The notes: a model not told the origin generated them from the letters alone. Counted from the first letter of the whole stretch, positions 50,019 through 62,841 are shown. The stretch: DNA of 62,841 nt, filler included, from Octopus bimaculoides (GCF_001194135.2; 9 parts of 8 records of this genome joined end to end with filler, not necessarily neighbours in it), one strand, 5' to 3'. Made by a program: numbers and translations.

Positions 50019-50405
50019 ATACATACATACATAATAATAATAATAATACATACATACATACATACATACATACATACATAAAAACATACATAAGCGTGTG
50101 TGTGTATGTATGTATGTACCCAGAAAAAAAAAAAAAGGAGAGCTTGAAGTCTGTCGAGTCAACCTTGAAATTCCAGACAAACCTTGAAGAAAGGAGGTAT
50201 GTTACTGATGAGGTCGCGAATACCGATTAAAAAGACTTTGACAACCGATTGGTTGTTAAACCAACACATTAAACAAATGAACGATTATTTAGTTGGTTAG
50301 ACATTTAACACGCAACTGACTAATAAGAAAGAAGTGATATTGAACCAGTGCGTGTGTATATTATTGGCGTAATTGCCTTTGCAAGAAACACCAGTATATA
50401 TATAT

Positions 50406-50444
<39 letters not shown>

Positions 50445-51402
50445 TCGACGGTTATAAAGGACACAGGTTCGTGTGTCACATAGCTAGATAGAGGCCATGG
50501 CCTCTTGGAGCTAATCAACGGCACCATTCGTCCTATTTTCCTGGACTGCCATGTTAGCTTGGCGATAACTATTAATATCCAGCACCGCTGCCGTAGTCTC
50601 CTTTAGAGAGACTTAGAAATATTAATATATATATATATATANNNNNNNNNNNNNNNNNNNNNNNNNNNNNNNNNNNNNNNNNNNNNNNNNNNNNNNNNNN
50701 NNNNNNNNNNNNNNNNNNNNNNNNNNNNNNNNNNNNNNNNNNNNNNNNNNNNNNNNNNNNNNNNNNNNNNNNNNNNNNNNNNNNNNNNNNNNNNNNNNNN
50801 NNNNNNNNNNNNNNNNNNNNNNNNNNNNNNNNNNNNNNNNNNNNNNNNNNNNNNNNNNNNNNNNNNNNNNNNNNNNNNNNNNNNNNNNNNNNNNNNNNNN
50901 NNNNNNNNNNNNNNNNNNNNNNNNNNNNNNNNNNNNNNNNNNNNNNNNNNNNNNNNNNNNNNNNNNNNNNNNNNNNNNNNNNNNNNNNNNNNNNNNNNNN
51001 NNNNNNNNNNNNNNNNNNNNNNNNNNNNNNNNNNNNNNNNNNNNNNNNNNNNNNNNNNNNNNNNNNNNNNNNNNNNNNNNNNNNNNNNNNNNNNNNNNNN
51101 NNNNNNNNNNNNNNNNNNNNNNNNNNNNNNNNNNNNNNNNNNNNNNNNNNNNNNNNNNNNNNNNNNNNNNNNNNNNNNNNNNNNNNNNNNNNNNNNNNNN
51201 NNNNNNNNNNNNNNNNNNNNNNNNNNNNNNNNNNNNNNNNNNNNNNNNNNNNNNNNNNNNNNNNNNNNNNNNNNNNNNNNNNNNNNNNNNNNNNNNNNNN
51301 NNNNNNNNNNNNNNNNNNNNNNNNNNNNNNNNNNNNNNNNNNNNNNNNNNNNNNNNNNNNNNNNNNNNNNNNNNNNNNNNNNNNNNNNNNNNNNNNNNNN
51401 NN

Positions 51403-51463
<61 letters not shown>

Positions 51464-52096
51464 AGCATCTTCTGTTTCCTCTCATGGGTGGTCAATCCAT
51501 TGGTTTCTTAATTGGTGCTAATTGAGATTATATGTTTGGTTTATCAAACTGATTATTATTTATTTATCTTCACCATTATCGTTTATCACTAGAGGAAAAC
51601 CATCATCTTCACTTTTATCTATCATCATCATCATCATCAGCAGCAGCAGCAACAGAAGCAGCAACACTTCTCATTCACCTCTTCTTCCGCCATTTCCCTC
51701 CACTTTCTCTTATTTTCTTTCTCCTCTTTCTCTTGCTGTCCTTTCTCCACTCGCTCTTCGTATCATTATCATCAGCAGTGGTAGCAGCAGTAGCAGCAGT
51801 AGTAGTAGCTGTAGAATTTTTTAAATAGCATTTCAACCATACTATCTACCAGCGAGTGGATGGTACTGCTTTAGGTATACTCCCGTAAGTCGGAGAACGA
51901 CTTAGAGGGAAGGCAAATAACCATGATGTTCATAGTGCTTTTGGATCTACTGAGTTACAAAATTGGCCCTAGATAGAGGTTCCCTTATATCAGAAGGACT
52001 GCATCCCCATCATCATTGATATTTTGTACAATATATGCCTTTTAACATTTACATACGTACATACATACGCCCATGCATCTATGCATACACACATAG

Positions 52097-52147
<51 letters not shown>

Positions 52148-52326
52148 CTGTGTGCGCGTGCGTACACATTCGCATTCATGTATATACATACGAACACCTG
52201 CATATATGGATATATATCAACCGATAGATAGAGTAATAAATACTAGCGGGATATCCGGTGCTACCCACACAAAACTACACACTTAAATTAGTGGCGAAAT
52301 TTTTGAAAATGGATCGTTGTATTTCT

Positions 52327-52560
52327 TATTTCTTTATTGCCCACAAGGGGCTAAACATAGAGGGGACAAACAAGGACAGACAAAGGGATTAAGTGAATTA
52401 CATCGACTCCAGTGCGTAACTGGTACTTAATTTATCGACCTCAAAAGGATGAAAGGCAAAGTCGACCTCGGCGGAATTTGAACTCAGAACGTAAAAACAG
52501 ACGAAATACAGTTAAGCATTTCGCCCGGCGTGCTAACGTTTCTGCCAGCTCGCTGCCTTC
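52327..52560 (-). mobile_element. SINE family A, full length with 14-bp TSD
   Basis: Flanked by atcgttgtatttct (52313-52326) and atcgtcgtatttct (52561-52574). Confidence 0.9.
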
Positions 52561-53411
52561 ATCGTCGTATTTCTGCTTTTTATTTTTGTAAGCACAACGT
52601 TTATATTCGGTTGTAAAAATATTAAAATATTATAGTTAGTAAAACAATTCTTAACTCCTTATTTCACGGTTTAGAACACAAATTATTTTTTTGCTACTCT
52701 TACTCTGGATGTATCACTTTCACAAATTTAAGTGTCCCTCGAGTATCATAATAAGGAAGTAACATAATGAAGTAACACAATAGGGTGACATAAAAGAGTG
52801 ACTTAAAGACCGAGTGAAACTTGAAAAAATATTTGGAATGAACGGCGGCTTTGCTATAAAATCAACTTCGTGAAAAATAATGACAAAATTAAAACGTTTC
52901 TAAAAAAGTTTTTTTAGTATTAGTTGACAAAAATTTTGACATAACATAATAGATTTTTTAACACTTCAAGGAAAAAGAAAACATTTCACCATTTTCATAA
53001 GCGGCATTACCTTCATTTTTAGTTGTCTGCGATCCTTAATTTGTAGGACAATAGGTTGCAGTAAACAAAAATGTACAAGAAGCATGCCATGTGGTGAACC
53101 TTGACCGGGATGTATCAAATTCCGAGAGCAAAAATAACTACGGGAATGGTAATGAGAGCATGAAAAAGTTTAGGATCGTTTTTAAAACGGGGCCCACATT
53201 TTTCATTAACGAAACACTTTGAAACTTGGAACACTGGTATAATGTGTCATATAAAACATCTTTTTCTCTTAGTCTTCTTAAAAAGAAAAGAAATCCATAA
53301 GTTATTCCATGTTAAAGTTGTCGTATTTCTGTAATTTCAACCAATCACTGACGTCCATTCAGCCGATATACATTAAGTGCCGACTACATAAACAAATGAT
53401 TCTGAAACAAT

Positions 53412-53461
53412 TAACCCTAACCCTAACCCTAACCCTAACCCTAACCGTAGGGTTAGGGTTA
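53412..53461. repeat. Interstitial telomere-like repeats (CCCTAA)5 then (TTAGGG)~2
   Basis: Directly visible. Confidence 0.85.
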
Positions 53462-53624
53462 AAGCAAATTTAAAATGAAAAAAGCAAATAAAACGAAGGT
53501 ATGGAGATTAAATACGCTTTACACNNNNNNNNNNNNNNNNNNNNNNNNNNNNNNNNNNNNNNNNNNNNTTAATTAATTAANNNNNNNNNNNNNNNNNNNN
53601 NNNNNNNNNNNNNNNNNNNNNNNN

Positions 53625-54605
53625 ATGAATACGTTTGTGAAAAGTTAAAGTACTTTGGTGAGAAAATGACGTACCACAGACACCACAGTGATATGGCTTC
53701 TCTCCTGTATGAGTAGGTTTGTGTGTAGTCAAGGTAATTTTTTGAGAGAATGATTTACCACAGATGTCACAGCGAAATGGCTTCTCTCCTGTATGAATAC
53801 GTTTATGATAAGTTAGAGCACTTTTGCCAGAAAGTGATTTTCCACAAATATCACAAGAATATGGTGTCTCTCCCGTATGAATATGTTTGTGAAAAGTTAA
53901 AGCACTACTTTGAGAGAATGATTTACTACAGATGTTACACTGATATGGCTTCTCTCCTGTATGAATACGTTTGTGAGAATTTAAAGCACTTCGGTCAGAG
54001 AATGATGTACCACAGACATCACAGTGATGGGGTTTCTCTCCAGTATGAACATGTTTGTGGTCAATCAAGTTCTTTTTGTGATAGAATGATTTACCACAGA
54101 TGTCACAGTCAAATGGCTTCTCTCCTGTATGAATATGCTGGTGGTTATTCAAAGCACTTTTTTGAGAGAATCTTGTACCACAGACACCACAATGATATGG
54201 CTTCTCTCCTGTATGAATACGTTTGTGTGTAGTCAAGTTAATTTTTTGAGAGAATGATTTACCACAGATGTCACAGTAAAATGGCTTCTCCCCTGTGTGA
54301 ATATGTTGGTGATCATTTAAGGTACTTTGGTGAGAGAATGATGTACCACAGACACCACAATGATATGGCTTCTCTCCTGTATGAATACGTTTGTGTGTAG
54401 TCAAGTTAATTTTTTGAGAGAATGATTTACCACAGATGTTACAGTAAAATGGCTTCTCTCCTGTATGAATACATTTGTGCTTATTTAAGTGGCCCTTTTG
54501 AGAGAATGACTTTTTACAGACATCACAGTCATGTGACAATTTTTGTTCCCCTTGTTCTGTATCTTCTGGAAAAGTCAGATCTTTTAGCTTCTCACTCTTT
54601 TCCAT
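53625..54605 (-). CDS. Tandem C2H2 (Kruppel-type) zinc-finger protein, 11+ fingers, 3' end lost in a gap
   Basis: Eleven C-x2-C-x12-H-x3-H units with TGEKP linkers and no stops; upstream pyrimidine-rich tttctttattatttcag acceptor at 54964. Confidence 0.92.
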
Positions 54606-55499
54606 TCTTCTTCTTCTAAAATCCCAATAGATATATATTTTTCTTCTTTTTGCTTCTGTAATCTTTTGTTTACAAATATTTCAACTGCTGTATTTCTGTC
54701 CAGTGTCACCTTTGACCTAAAACTCTGCAGTAAATTTATCCAAGTTTAATTTGCAACCAGACTCATTTTGTAGACACTCCAGCCAGTGATGTCCTGAAAG
54801 TTTGCTATTAACACATTTCAGAGTAAATATATCGTAGGAATTCTATCATAGATTTATAGAAACAATCTTCTATATCTGTTCTGTAGAATATTTTCATTTT
54901 GGTCTTTAAAAGAAGATAAATAATGAGAATGTATCTTCAGTTATTCCAATGTCATCTGATATTCTGAAATAATAAAGAAACAACAGTGTAACATATAGAG
55001 GCTACTTAGAAAATACAGATTCAACATTTCCATAGAGATAAACTCTAGAAATAAATATTTACTTGAACAAAAGAACTTTTTAATTTATTAAAATTTACAT
55101 TAGAAAATCTTGTGCAAAGCTAACATATTTCTAAACTCCAGCAACTCATTCATATTAGATAACATTAATATGGATATGTATATGTGTGTGTGTGTGTGTT
55201 TGTGTGTATATATATATATATAAAATTATAATACAGGGTATCTAAGAGATACCACCACGCTGAAAAATAGCAGTCAAATCCTGACTCTAAAACCATAATA
55301 AATGTCCACATAGCATGAGTAGCAAAGACGAAGGCCAAATAAACCAGTAAAAAAACAAGATAATTCCAAATCCTGGATTTCTGGCTTTGCATAAATAATA
55401 ATGCTTTGCCTTCATCGGTGGAATATACTCAAGTACATAAATACAAATACATGTATATAAACAGTATACTTACATATACGGACGTATACATACATATTT

Positions 55500-55990
55500 T
55501 TCATTTTATCTAGTTTCAGCTCATGAGCTGTGGCCATGCTGGGGCACCGCCATTTATATATACATNNNNNNNNNNNNNNNNNNNNNNNNNNNNNNNNNNN
55601 NNNNNNNNNNNNNNNNNNNNNNNNNNNNNNNNNNNNNNNNNNNNNNNNNNNNNNNNNNNNNNNNNNNNNNNNNNNNNNNNNNNNNNNNNNNNTATATATA
55701 TATACATTGTTTTAGTCGTTTTATCTGTGGTCACCACCTTAAAAAGTTTCAGCCAATCAAATCAACCCCACCACTTATTTTTTTTAGCCTAGTATTTATT
55801 CTATCAGCCACTTTTGCCAAACCTCTAGGTTACAAAGACATAAACATCCCAACACGGGTAGTCAAGTGTTGTTAGGAGGGGGGGAGAAACACACGCATTA
55901 ATAATATATATATACATACATATTTTTCATTTTATCTAGTTTCAGCTCATGAGCTGTGGCCATGCTGGGGCACCGCCATTTATATATACA
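55500..55990 (-). mobile_element. SINE family B 3' portion (3' tip duplicated across a gap)
   Basis: rc of gcggtgccccagcatggccacagctc; 55485-55565 is identical to 55911-55991. Confidence 0.6.
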
Positions 55991-56106
55991 TATATTGTAG
56001 ATATAAGTCCATTTCTTTTTTCTTCCCTCTTTATCTCCTTATTGCTTTACGCCTGTCCTCTACGCTGTCATTTCATTAATCTATACACTTCTCATTTTCT
56101 CTATTT

Positions 56107-56162
56107 GTCTCTGATGATGGAATATCTCATACTCTGGCATATCCCAGAAACAGCTGTAAGAC
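56107..56162 (+). ncRNA. Minimal type-I hammerhead ribozyme with intact core
   Basis: gtct-CTGATGA-tggaatat(13-nt loop)atatccca-GAAA-cagctg-TA-agac; palindromic helix III ACAGCTGT; GUA triplet. Confidence 0.75.
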
Positions 56163-58074
56163 TTTGAATTTTTTTTCCTGATAATAATAATGTATATGAC
56201 TTGAGATGTTTGCCTTGCCTTAACGTTTCTTGTCCTCTTTGATTGACAGACAGAGAGATCTGACTATATAGATGTGAGTAAACGGATAGGGATAAACAGA
56301 GACAGACAAATAAAGGAATGGATGAAAATGTCCAAAATTTGAACCCCCTTATTAAACTTTATAACGTTAATTATTAAACATATTGTTTGTTTCTCATAAA
56401 ATGGTGTATATTTAAGCAATAATAAATCGGACACAGACAGCGTGTCGTTAGACAGCTGGAGGAGACGTCTTCCTGGGGCTATAAACAACAGTAGCATCGT
56501 CCCCTATGGGTCCGCCACATTTAGGGGGCAAATATACTTGGTGTATATTTAATTTACATTCAATTACTATTTACGATTATTTGAGGCAAACATAAGCAAA
56601 ACGCAAATTCTGTCCACTTCAATGTTTTTGTCTGTATTTAATTTAAATTTGCACATGTCCGTCTATTCGCAACAAAATCAAAATTTCAAATTGGTGGGGG
56701 AGGGGGGATTTAATTTTTTTTCTTTTTTTGCATATTCGTAATCTCCGACATCTAAAACGTAGGAATCCGGAAAATATTTTCAAAAAAATGCATTTTTCAA
56801 GGAGAGGTGCGAAACTGCATTAGCCCTNNNNNNNNNNNNNNNNNNNNNNNNNNNNNNNNNNNNNNNNNNNNNNNNNNNNNNNNNNNNNNNNNNNNNNNNN
56901 NNNNNNNNNNNNNNNNNNNNNNNNNNNNNNNNNNNNNNNNNNNNNNNNNNNNNNNNNNNNNNNNNNNNNNNNNNNNNNNNNNNNNNNNNNNNNNNNNNNN
57001 NNNNNNNNNNNNNNNNNNNNNNNNNNNNNNNNNNNNNNNNNNNNNNNNNNNNNNNNNNNNNNNNNNNNNNNNNNNNNNNNNNNNNNNNNNNNNNNNNNNN
57101 NNNNNNNNNNNNNNNNNNNNNNNNNNNNNNNNNNNNNNNNNNNNNNNNNNNNNNNNNNNNNNNNNNNNNNNNNNNNNNNNNNNNNNNNNNNNNNNNNNNN
57201 NNNNNNNNNNNNNNNNNNNNNNNNNNNNNNNNNNNNNNNNNNNNNNNNNNNNNNNNNNNNNNNNNNNNNNNNNNNNNNNNNNNNNNNNNNNNNNNNNNNN
57301 NNNNNNNNNNNNNNNNNNNNNNNNNNNNNNNNNNNNNNNNNNNNNNNNNNNNNNNNNNNNNNNNNNNNNNNNNNNNNNNNNNNNNNNNNNNNNNNNNNNN
57401 NNNNNNNNNNNNNNNNNNNNNNNNNNNNNNNNNNNNNNNNNNNNNNNNNNNNNNNNNNNNNNNNNNNNNNNNNNNNNNNNNNNNNNNNNNNNNNNNNNNN
57501 NNNNNNNNNNNNNNNNNNNNNNNNNNNNNNNNNNNNNNNNNNNNNNNNNNNNNNNNNNNNNNNNNNNNNNNNNNNNNNNNNNNNNNNNNNNNNNNNNNNN
57601 NNNNNNNNNNNNNNNNNNNNNNNNNNNNNNNNNNNNNNNNNNNNNNNNNNNNNNNNNNNGGGTTACGGGAACACACTATATCGACGGCGGAGATTCCGGA
57701 TCTGCAAGAACACCTGCATTTCAAAATTTCTGTGGTTGCAGTGTATTTGAGAATATTTCTCCAACTAAAACACACAACAAACTAACGTGGAAACGATGGA
57801 TCGTGTAGGTGGTAGCCTCCATAGCTAGAAATAGCAGCCAAATGACGAACAAAACAAAGGACATCTGAGACAGAAAGTATTAAAAGATTAAATGCTTTCC
57901 TTGTTTAATACTTACGGAATTGTTCTTATAAAGGATAGTGTTGTTGTTAGAAGTGCGTCAAGTGGTAGAGAAATGTATTATAATTGTGTTTGGGGGTTAA
58001 GAATGAACAAGACACGTTTGTCAAGATGTAATGAATGGAGGCGGAAGTGCGTTTAGTGCGCATGCGTATGAAAT

Positions 58075-58207
58075 ATTGGTTTCAAATTATGGCACAAGGC
58101 CAACAATTTTGGGGGAAGGGGCATAAGTCGAGTAGGTGGACCTCAGTAGTCAACTGGTATTTATTTTATTGAACCCCAGCAAAAAGGGGAAAGGCAAAGT
58201 TGACCCC
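58075..58207 (-). mobile_element. SINE family A, diverged 3' fragment
   Basis: ttggtttcaaatt.tggcacaaggcc...aaaggcaaagttgacc. Confidence 0.6.
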
Positions 58208-58439
58208 TAAATGGTGAATGTCTTCGGATTGTCATGTTTTCGATAGGAGAATACGATTTTGCCCAGATATCGCGTTTTCCAAATTTTGATTCTTTACTCT
58301 TTTTACTCTTTTACTTGTTTCAGTCATTTGACTGCGGCNNNNNNNNNNNNNNNNNNNNNNNNNNNNNNNNNNNNNNNNNNNNNNNNNNNNNNNNNNNNNN
58401 NNNNNNNNNNNNNNNNNNNNNNNNNNNNNNNNNNNNNNA

Positions 58440-60680
58440 AACACAAAATGTTTTGATATCCGGATAAACCGAAATATTTTTCCCACTCCCCATGAATGTA
58501 CAAAAAACTGTCATCAATTGTCATCCTGTCATAACCACCAAAATAACACTCCATGTAGTGTCTGACTGAATGTAAATATTGACCATCNNNNNNNNNNNNN
58601 NNNNNNNNNNNNNNNNNNNNNNNNNNNNNNNNNNNNNNNNNNNNNNNNNNNNNNNNNNNNNNNNNNNNNNNNNNNNNNNNNNNNNNNNNNNNNNNNNNNN
58701 NNNNNNNNNNNNNNNNNNNNNNNNNNNNNNNNNNNNNNNNNNNNNNNNNNNNNNNNNNNNNNNNNNNNNNNNNNNNNNNNNNNNNNNNNNNNNNNNNNNN
58801 NNNNNNNNNNNNNNNNNNNNNNTTCTCGTTTGGTAAATTACCAACGACAATGGAAATTCCACTTTTAATGTCCACAGTTGATATTTATCATCACCACCAT
58901 AATCATAATCTCTATTCGTAATGACCAGTGTGTTTGACTGCCATCGACACATTTTAATAAANNNNNNNNNNAATGACCAGTGTGTTTGACTGCCATCGAC
59001 ACATTTTAATAAATCCATTAACATTCAGTTTGACAGAATCCAAAAGTTGACCATCAAATGTGAATAGCTTAATGTTTCTAATCCACTCGTCCCATCCTGC
59101 AATCAGATTATTTTCAGTTATAACCAAATGATGAATCCCTGCTGGTTCTTTCTCTCCCATTTGTTGAGGGAAAGGAATATGTCTGGCTTTATCAGAAACT
59201 GTCAGGTCTTGCAGATATAAAGAAGATGACAACATTTCACTGACAGAAATGTTTCTGGAAAANNNNNNNNNNACATTTCACTGACAGAAATGTTTCTGGA
59301 AAATACATCTACCAGGTCGATAAAAACATCAGCTTGGTTGTTTTTAACCAGATCTCTCAACACCAAATTATGATCATTTATGNNNNNNNNNNNNNNNNNN
59401 NNNNNNNNNNNNNNNNNNNNNCCATAGAGATTGGGGGGAGGTTTCATTTGGGATAGTAAAACACTGTGGACAGTCTTACTACTACTACTATGACTACCGC
59501 TACTACTATGACTACCACTACCACTACTACTATCACTACCACTACTACTACCACTACTACTTCTACGACGACGATGTCTACCATCATGACCTCCACCACC
59601 AACACTAGTGCAGCATTGAAATACTCTTCTCTTAGTAACAATTAATNNNNNNNNNNNNNNNNNNNNNNNNNNNNNNNNNNNNNNNNNNNNNNNNNNNNNN
59701 NNNNNNNNNNNNNNNNNNNNNNNNNNNNNNNNNNNNNNNNNNNNNNACACCTATAAGTGTAGAATGTTCCAAGTAACTCACCATATACAACCCCAAATGT
59801 ATCTTTTTAATCTCGAAAGTTGTGGGGCTGATAATGAGAATCATTTCTTGGAAGGGGAGGGTCGCTAGAACCATGTCTTGACCGATTCTGGTGAAACTGG
59901 TGACAGAAGATGGACAATGGACATTATTTCTGTCACCGTCTCTTGTCACACAACATACTGTCATACAATGGTGGGAATAGGTTACCACTCCCTCCTGTAT
60001 TACAATAATATTGGATATTATCATGCTTTTGTCACATTCTTCTCCAGGTTCCTCAATCTTTGCTTCTCTGGTCACAATTGGGCAAAGAGGACGATATTTT
60101 ATTGCTATTTTTGGTGGTTGAATGGTTTTGTGGTTGTATGGGTTACAGGTGACATAAATGTCAAAGAGTCTTTGTTGAAACCAATCAAGGTTTTGGTGAA
60201 CAAAATCATTATTTTGTTTTGTAACTTTCAGAAATCTTTGCATTTTACGTTTGATATTACGTAAAATACAAGATCCATCTAAACCCATGGAGTCCATGTG
60301 ATTACATTCATGTTTTACATAATCTATAAACGTATTGATGTTCGGTAACATGTCACAATATGAAGAAAATTTGGTAACATGGACATTTCCCATTTTTCAG
60401 ATTTCTTTGTGTCTTTTGTTTCCTGTTCTTCTGTTTTCTTTGTGTTTTGTGTATGTAATATTTGGGAAAGAATTGGTGTAGTTTCCCTATAAATCGATGT
60501 TATATCACAGTCTGTGGCAGGAATGAGAGCCAACATTTTGTTTTCTTCGTTAATCTTCTCCATTTTATGAATATGAAATTATTATCTTGTTCTGTTAAAT
60601 ATATTCTTTTCTCTTGATTTTGTCTTCTTCCTTTCGAATACAATTTATCTCTTCAAAATTCACAAATTTTTTACAACAAA
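58440..60680 (-). pseudogene. Frame-disrupted or mis-assembled gene: coiled-coil-like N-terminal part, Ser/Gly linker and beta-propeller-like (NHL/TRIM C-terminal-like) segments
   Basis: Collinear non-repetitive minus-strand ORF pieces (60324-60563, 59632-60393, 59202-59750, 58954-59235, 58521-59024) with beta-strand-like motifs (IKLFTFDGQLLDSV, EMILIISPTT); frameshift near 60400. The family guess is weak. Confidence 0.4.
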
Positions 60681-62224
60681 GNNNNNNNNNNNNNNNNNNN
60701 NNNNNNNNNNNNNNNNNNNNNNNNNTTAATTAATTAANNNNNNNNNNNNNNNNNNNNNNNNNNNNNNNNNNNNNNNNNNNNGTAGTAGTAGTAGTAGTAG
60801 TAGTAGTAGTAAGGCTGCATTGCTCTGTTGTTATTTAACCCTGGCTCAGCTGCCCTCCAGCAGACCTGTGATCAAAGACTCTCCAGCCTAACCGTGAGGC
60901 CATAATTCTTTAAAACTGTTGTTTCTGTTTAGTTTGAGGGAGATTTTGGTTACTATATCTAGTTAACCAAACGGATCACGGAGAGGTACATCTTCTCGTC
61001 TTTTTTTTTTCTCTTAGCTTTGTTTAACCTTAGGCAACCCCCAAATCCAGCAAACCATCGATAGGTAAAAAAAAAAAAAAAAAGAAAAGGTGGCGGGGTT
61101 AGGAACTTAGGGAGACACTAATATTCCTGTAAAATCTCCTGTGATTGATTGATATTGGGAACGAAAGATGGACAGAGGTTAAACTCGGTAGTGTGTGTGT
61201 GTATGCAAATTTGAGGTAGTTTTGGCTGCTATTTTTTAGCAAAACGATCGACCATATAGAGCACTGGTTCCCAACCNNNNNNNNNNNNNNNNNNNNNNNN
61301 NNNNNNNNNNNNNNNNNNNNNNNNNNNNNNNNNNNNNNNNNNNNNNNNNNNNNNNNNNNNNNNNNNNNNNNNNNNNNNNNNNNNNNNNNNNNNNNNNNNN
61401 NNNNNNNNNNNNNNNNNNNNNNNNNNNNNNNNNNNNNNNNNNNNNNNNNNNNNNNNNNNNNNNNNNNNNNNNNNNNNNNNNNNNNNNNNNNNNNNNNNNN
61501 NNNNNNNNNNNNNNNNNNNNNNNNNNNNNNNNNNNNNNNNNNNNNNNNNNNNNNNNNNNNNNNNNNNNNNNNNNNNNNNNNNNNNNNNNNNNNNNNNNNN
61601 NNNNNNNNNNNNNNNNNNNNNNNNNNNNNNNNNNNNNNNNNNNNNNNNNNNNNNNNNNNNNNNNNNNNNNNNNNNNNNNNNNNNNNNNNNNNNNNNNNNN
61701 NNNNNNNNNNNNNNNNNNNNNNNNNNNNNNNNNNNNNNNNNNNNNNNNNNNNNNNNNNNNNNNNNNNNNNNNNNNNNNNNNNNNNNNNNNNNNNNNNNNN
61801 NNNNNNNNNNNNNNNNNNNNNNNNNNNNNNNNNNNNNNNNNNNNNNNNNNNNNNNNNNNNNNNNNNNNNNNNNNNNNNNNNNNNNNNNNNNNNNNNNNNN
61901 NNNNNNNNNNNNNNNNNNNNNNNNNNNNNNNNNNNNNNNNNNNNNNNNNNNNNNNNNNNNNNNNNNNNNNNNNNNNNNNNNNNNNNNNNNNNNNNNNNNN
62001 NNNNNNNNNNNNNNNNNNNNNNNNNNNNNNNNNNNNNNNNNNNNNNNNNNNNNNNNNNNNNNNNNNNNNNNNNNNNNNNNNNNNNNNNNNNNNNNNNNNN
62101 NNNNNNNNNNNNNNNNNNNNNNNNNNNNNNNNNNNNNNNNNNNNNNNNNNNNNNNNNNNNNNNNNNNNNNNNNNNNNNNNNNNNNNNNNNNNNNNNNNNN
62201 NNNNNNNNNNNNNNNNNNNACAAA

Positions 62225-62841
62225 TGATTTGTAAAGAGTGAATTTTGTGTTGTTATTTATATGTCGTTGGTACCAAACGCTTGACTCCATACCACCAAAT
62301 ACTTGTGCTGTCCTTTGAATTCGTGGATGTATTTGTGTCCAGGTTTCCAAAGATGAAAGAATCAACAACCTCAAGTAACTTACCCTTAACAAAAATTTTA
62401 GGGAGGTTGCAAACAGCACCACACACAGGTTGATACTTTAGAACTGTTTTTCTCAAGTTGATGGTCAAACCAAAATCATCACAAGCCGAACCAAATGCAG
62501 ATACAAGAGATTGCAGACCTGTTTCAGAACGACTGACAATATCGCAATCATCAGCGATGATTGCGATCCCTAATGAGTGAAATAAAAACCTTTGTCTTGA
62601 ATTTTAGTCTGGTTAGATTAAAAACATTCTCTGTTGTTCGATCTTTTATGTAAATACCCTTCTCAGAGTTCTGAAAAGTGTGTGCGAGAGCACAGTATAT
62701 CATGAAGCATATTGCAAAGAGGGTGGGTTCATCAAGGTCTCCTTGCTTTACTCCATTTTCCATAGCAAAAGATTCAGAGAGCCTAGCACTTAAATTAACT
62801 CTAGCTTTCATATCTTGATGCAAAGCCCTGATCATGTTTAC
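62225..62841 (-). mobile_element. RTE/BovB-like LINE reverse transcriptase fragment
   Basis: MENGVKQGDLDEPTLF...GIYIKDRTTENVFNLTRLKFKTKV...IADDC...FGLTINLRKT; frameshifted. Confidence 0.88.

Noticed and set aside
50200-50235. CTGATGA-ggt(cgcgaat)acc-GATT
   Set aside because: GAAA, helix III and helix I partner are missing; at most a relic.
53750-54619. Plus-strand repeated ORFs (MIYHRCHS...)
   Set aside because: Antisense shadow of the zinc-finger array.
61255-61276. cactggttcccaacc, hAT-like TIR
   Set aside because: Only 15 bp before a gap; no partner end visible.
1169-62422. Many long ORF-track entries full of X or YI/CV/HT/LS runs
   Set aside because: Read-through of N gaps and microsatellites; not genes.

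Overview
AT-rich, microsatellite-saturated animal genomic DNA. Roughly 15% is N gaps, and eight artificial TTAATTAATTAA scaffold linkers mean contiguity across them is not guaranteed. The tRNA-derived SINE families, the style of the C2H2 zinc-finger gene and the repeat landscape suggest a cephalopod (Octopus-like) draft scaffold; this is inference. Probable host genes: (i) a ~3.27-kb exon encoding a very acidic low-complexity protein with ~12 copies of a ~27-aa repeat (27338-30610, +, ending at a GTAAGC donor); (ii) an 11+ finger C2H2 ZNF (53625-54605, -); (iii) a frame-disrupted, gap-ridden ORF set resembling coiled-coil plus beta-propeller (58.4-60.7 kb, -). The rest is transposon debris: REL-type (R4/Dong/NeSL-like) LINEs, RTE LINEs, mariner and Tc1 elements, a Penelope-like GIY-YIG remnant, MITEs and at least four SINE families. 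Main discovery: several sequence-unrelated minimal type-I hammerhead ribozyme motifs with palindromic helix III, often at inverted-repeat junctions. One lies in a palindromic element made of two back-to-back units, each tRNA-like head + (AAT)n + hammerhead (33.19-33.68 kb). Other oddities: a 28S rRNA peptidyl-transferase-region fragment in a mariner 5' UTR, a fold-back mariner built from two 5' ends nested in a LINE, and opposite-polarity colonisation of (AAT)n arrays by LINEs versus SINEs.
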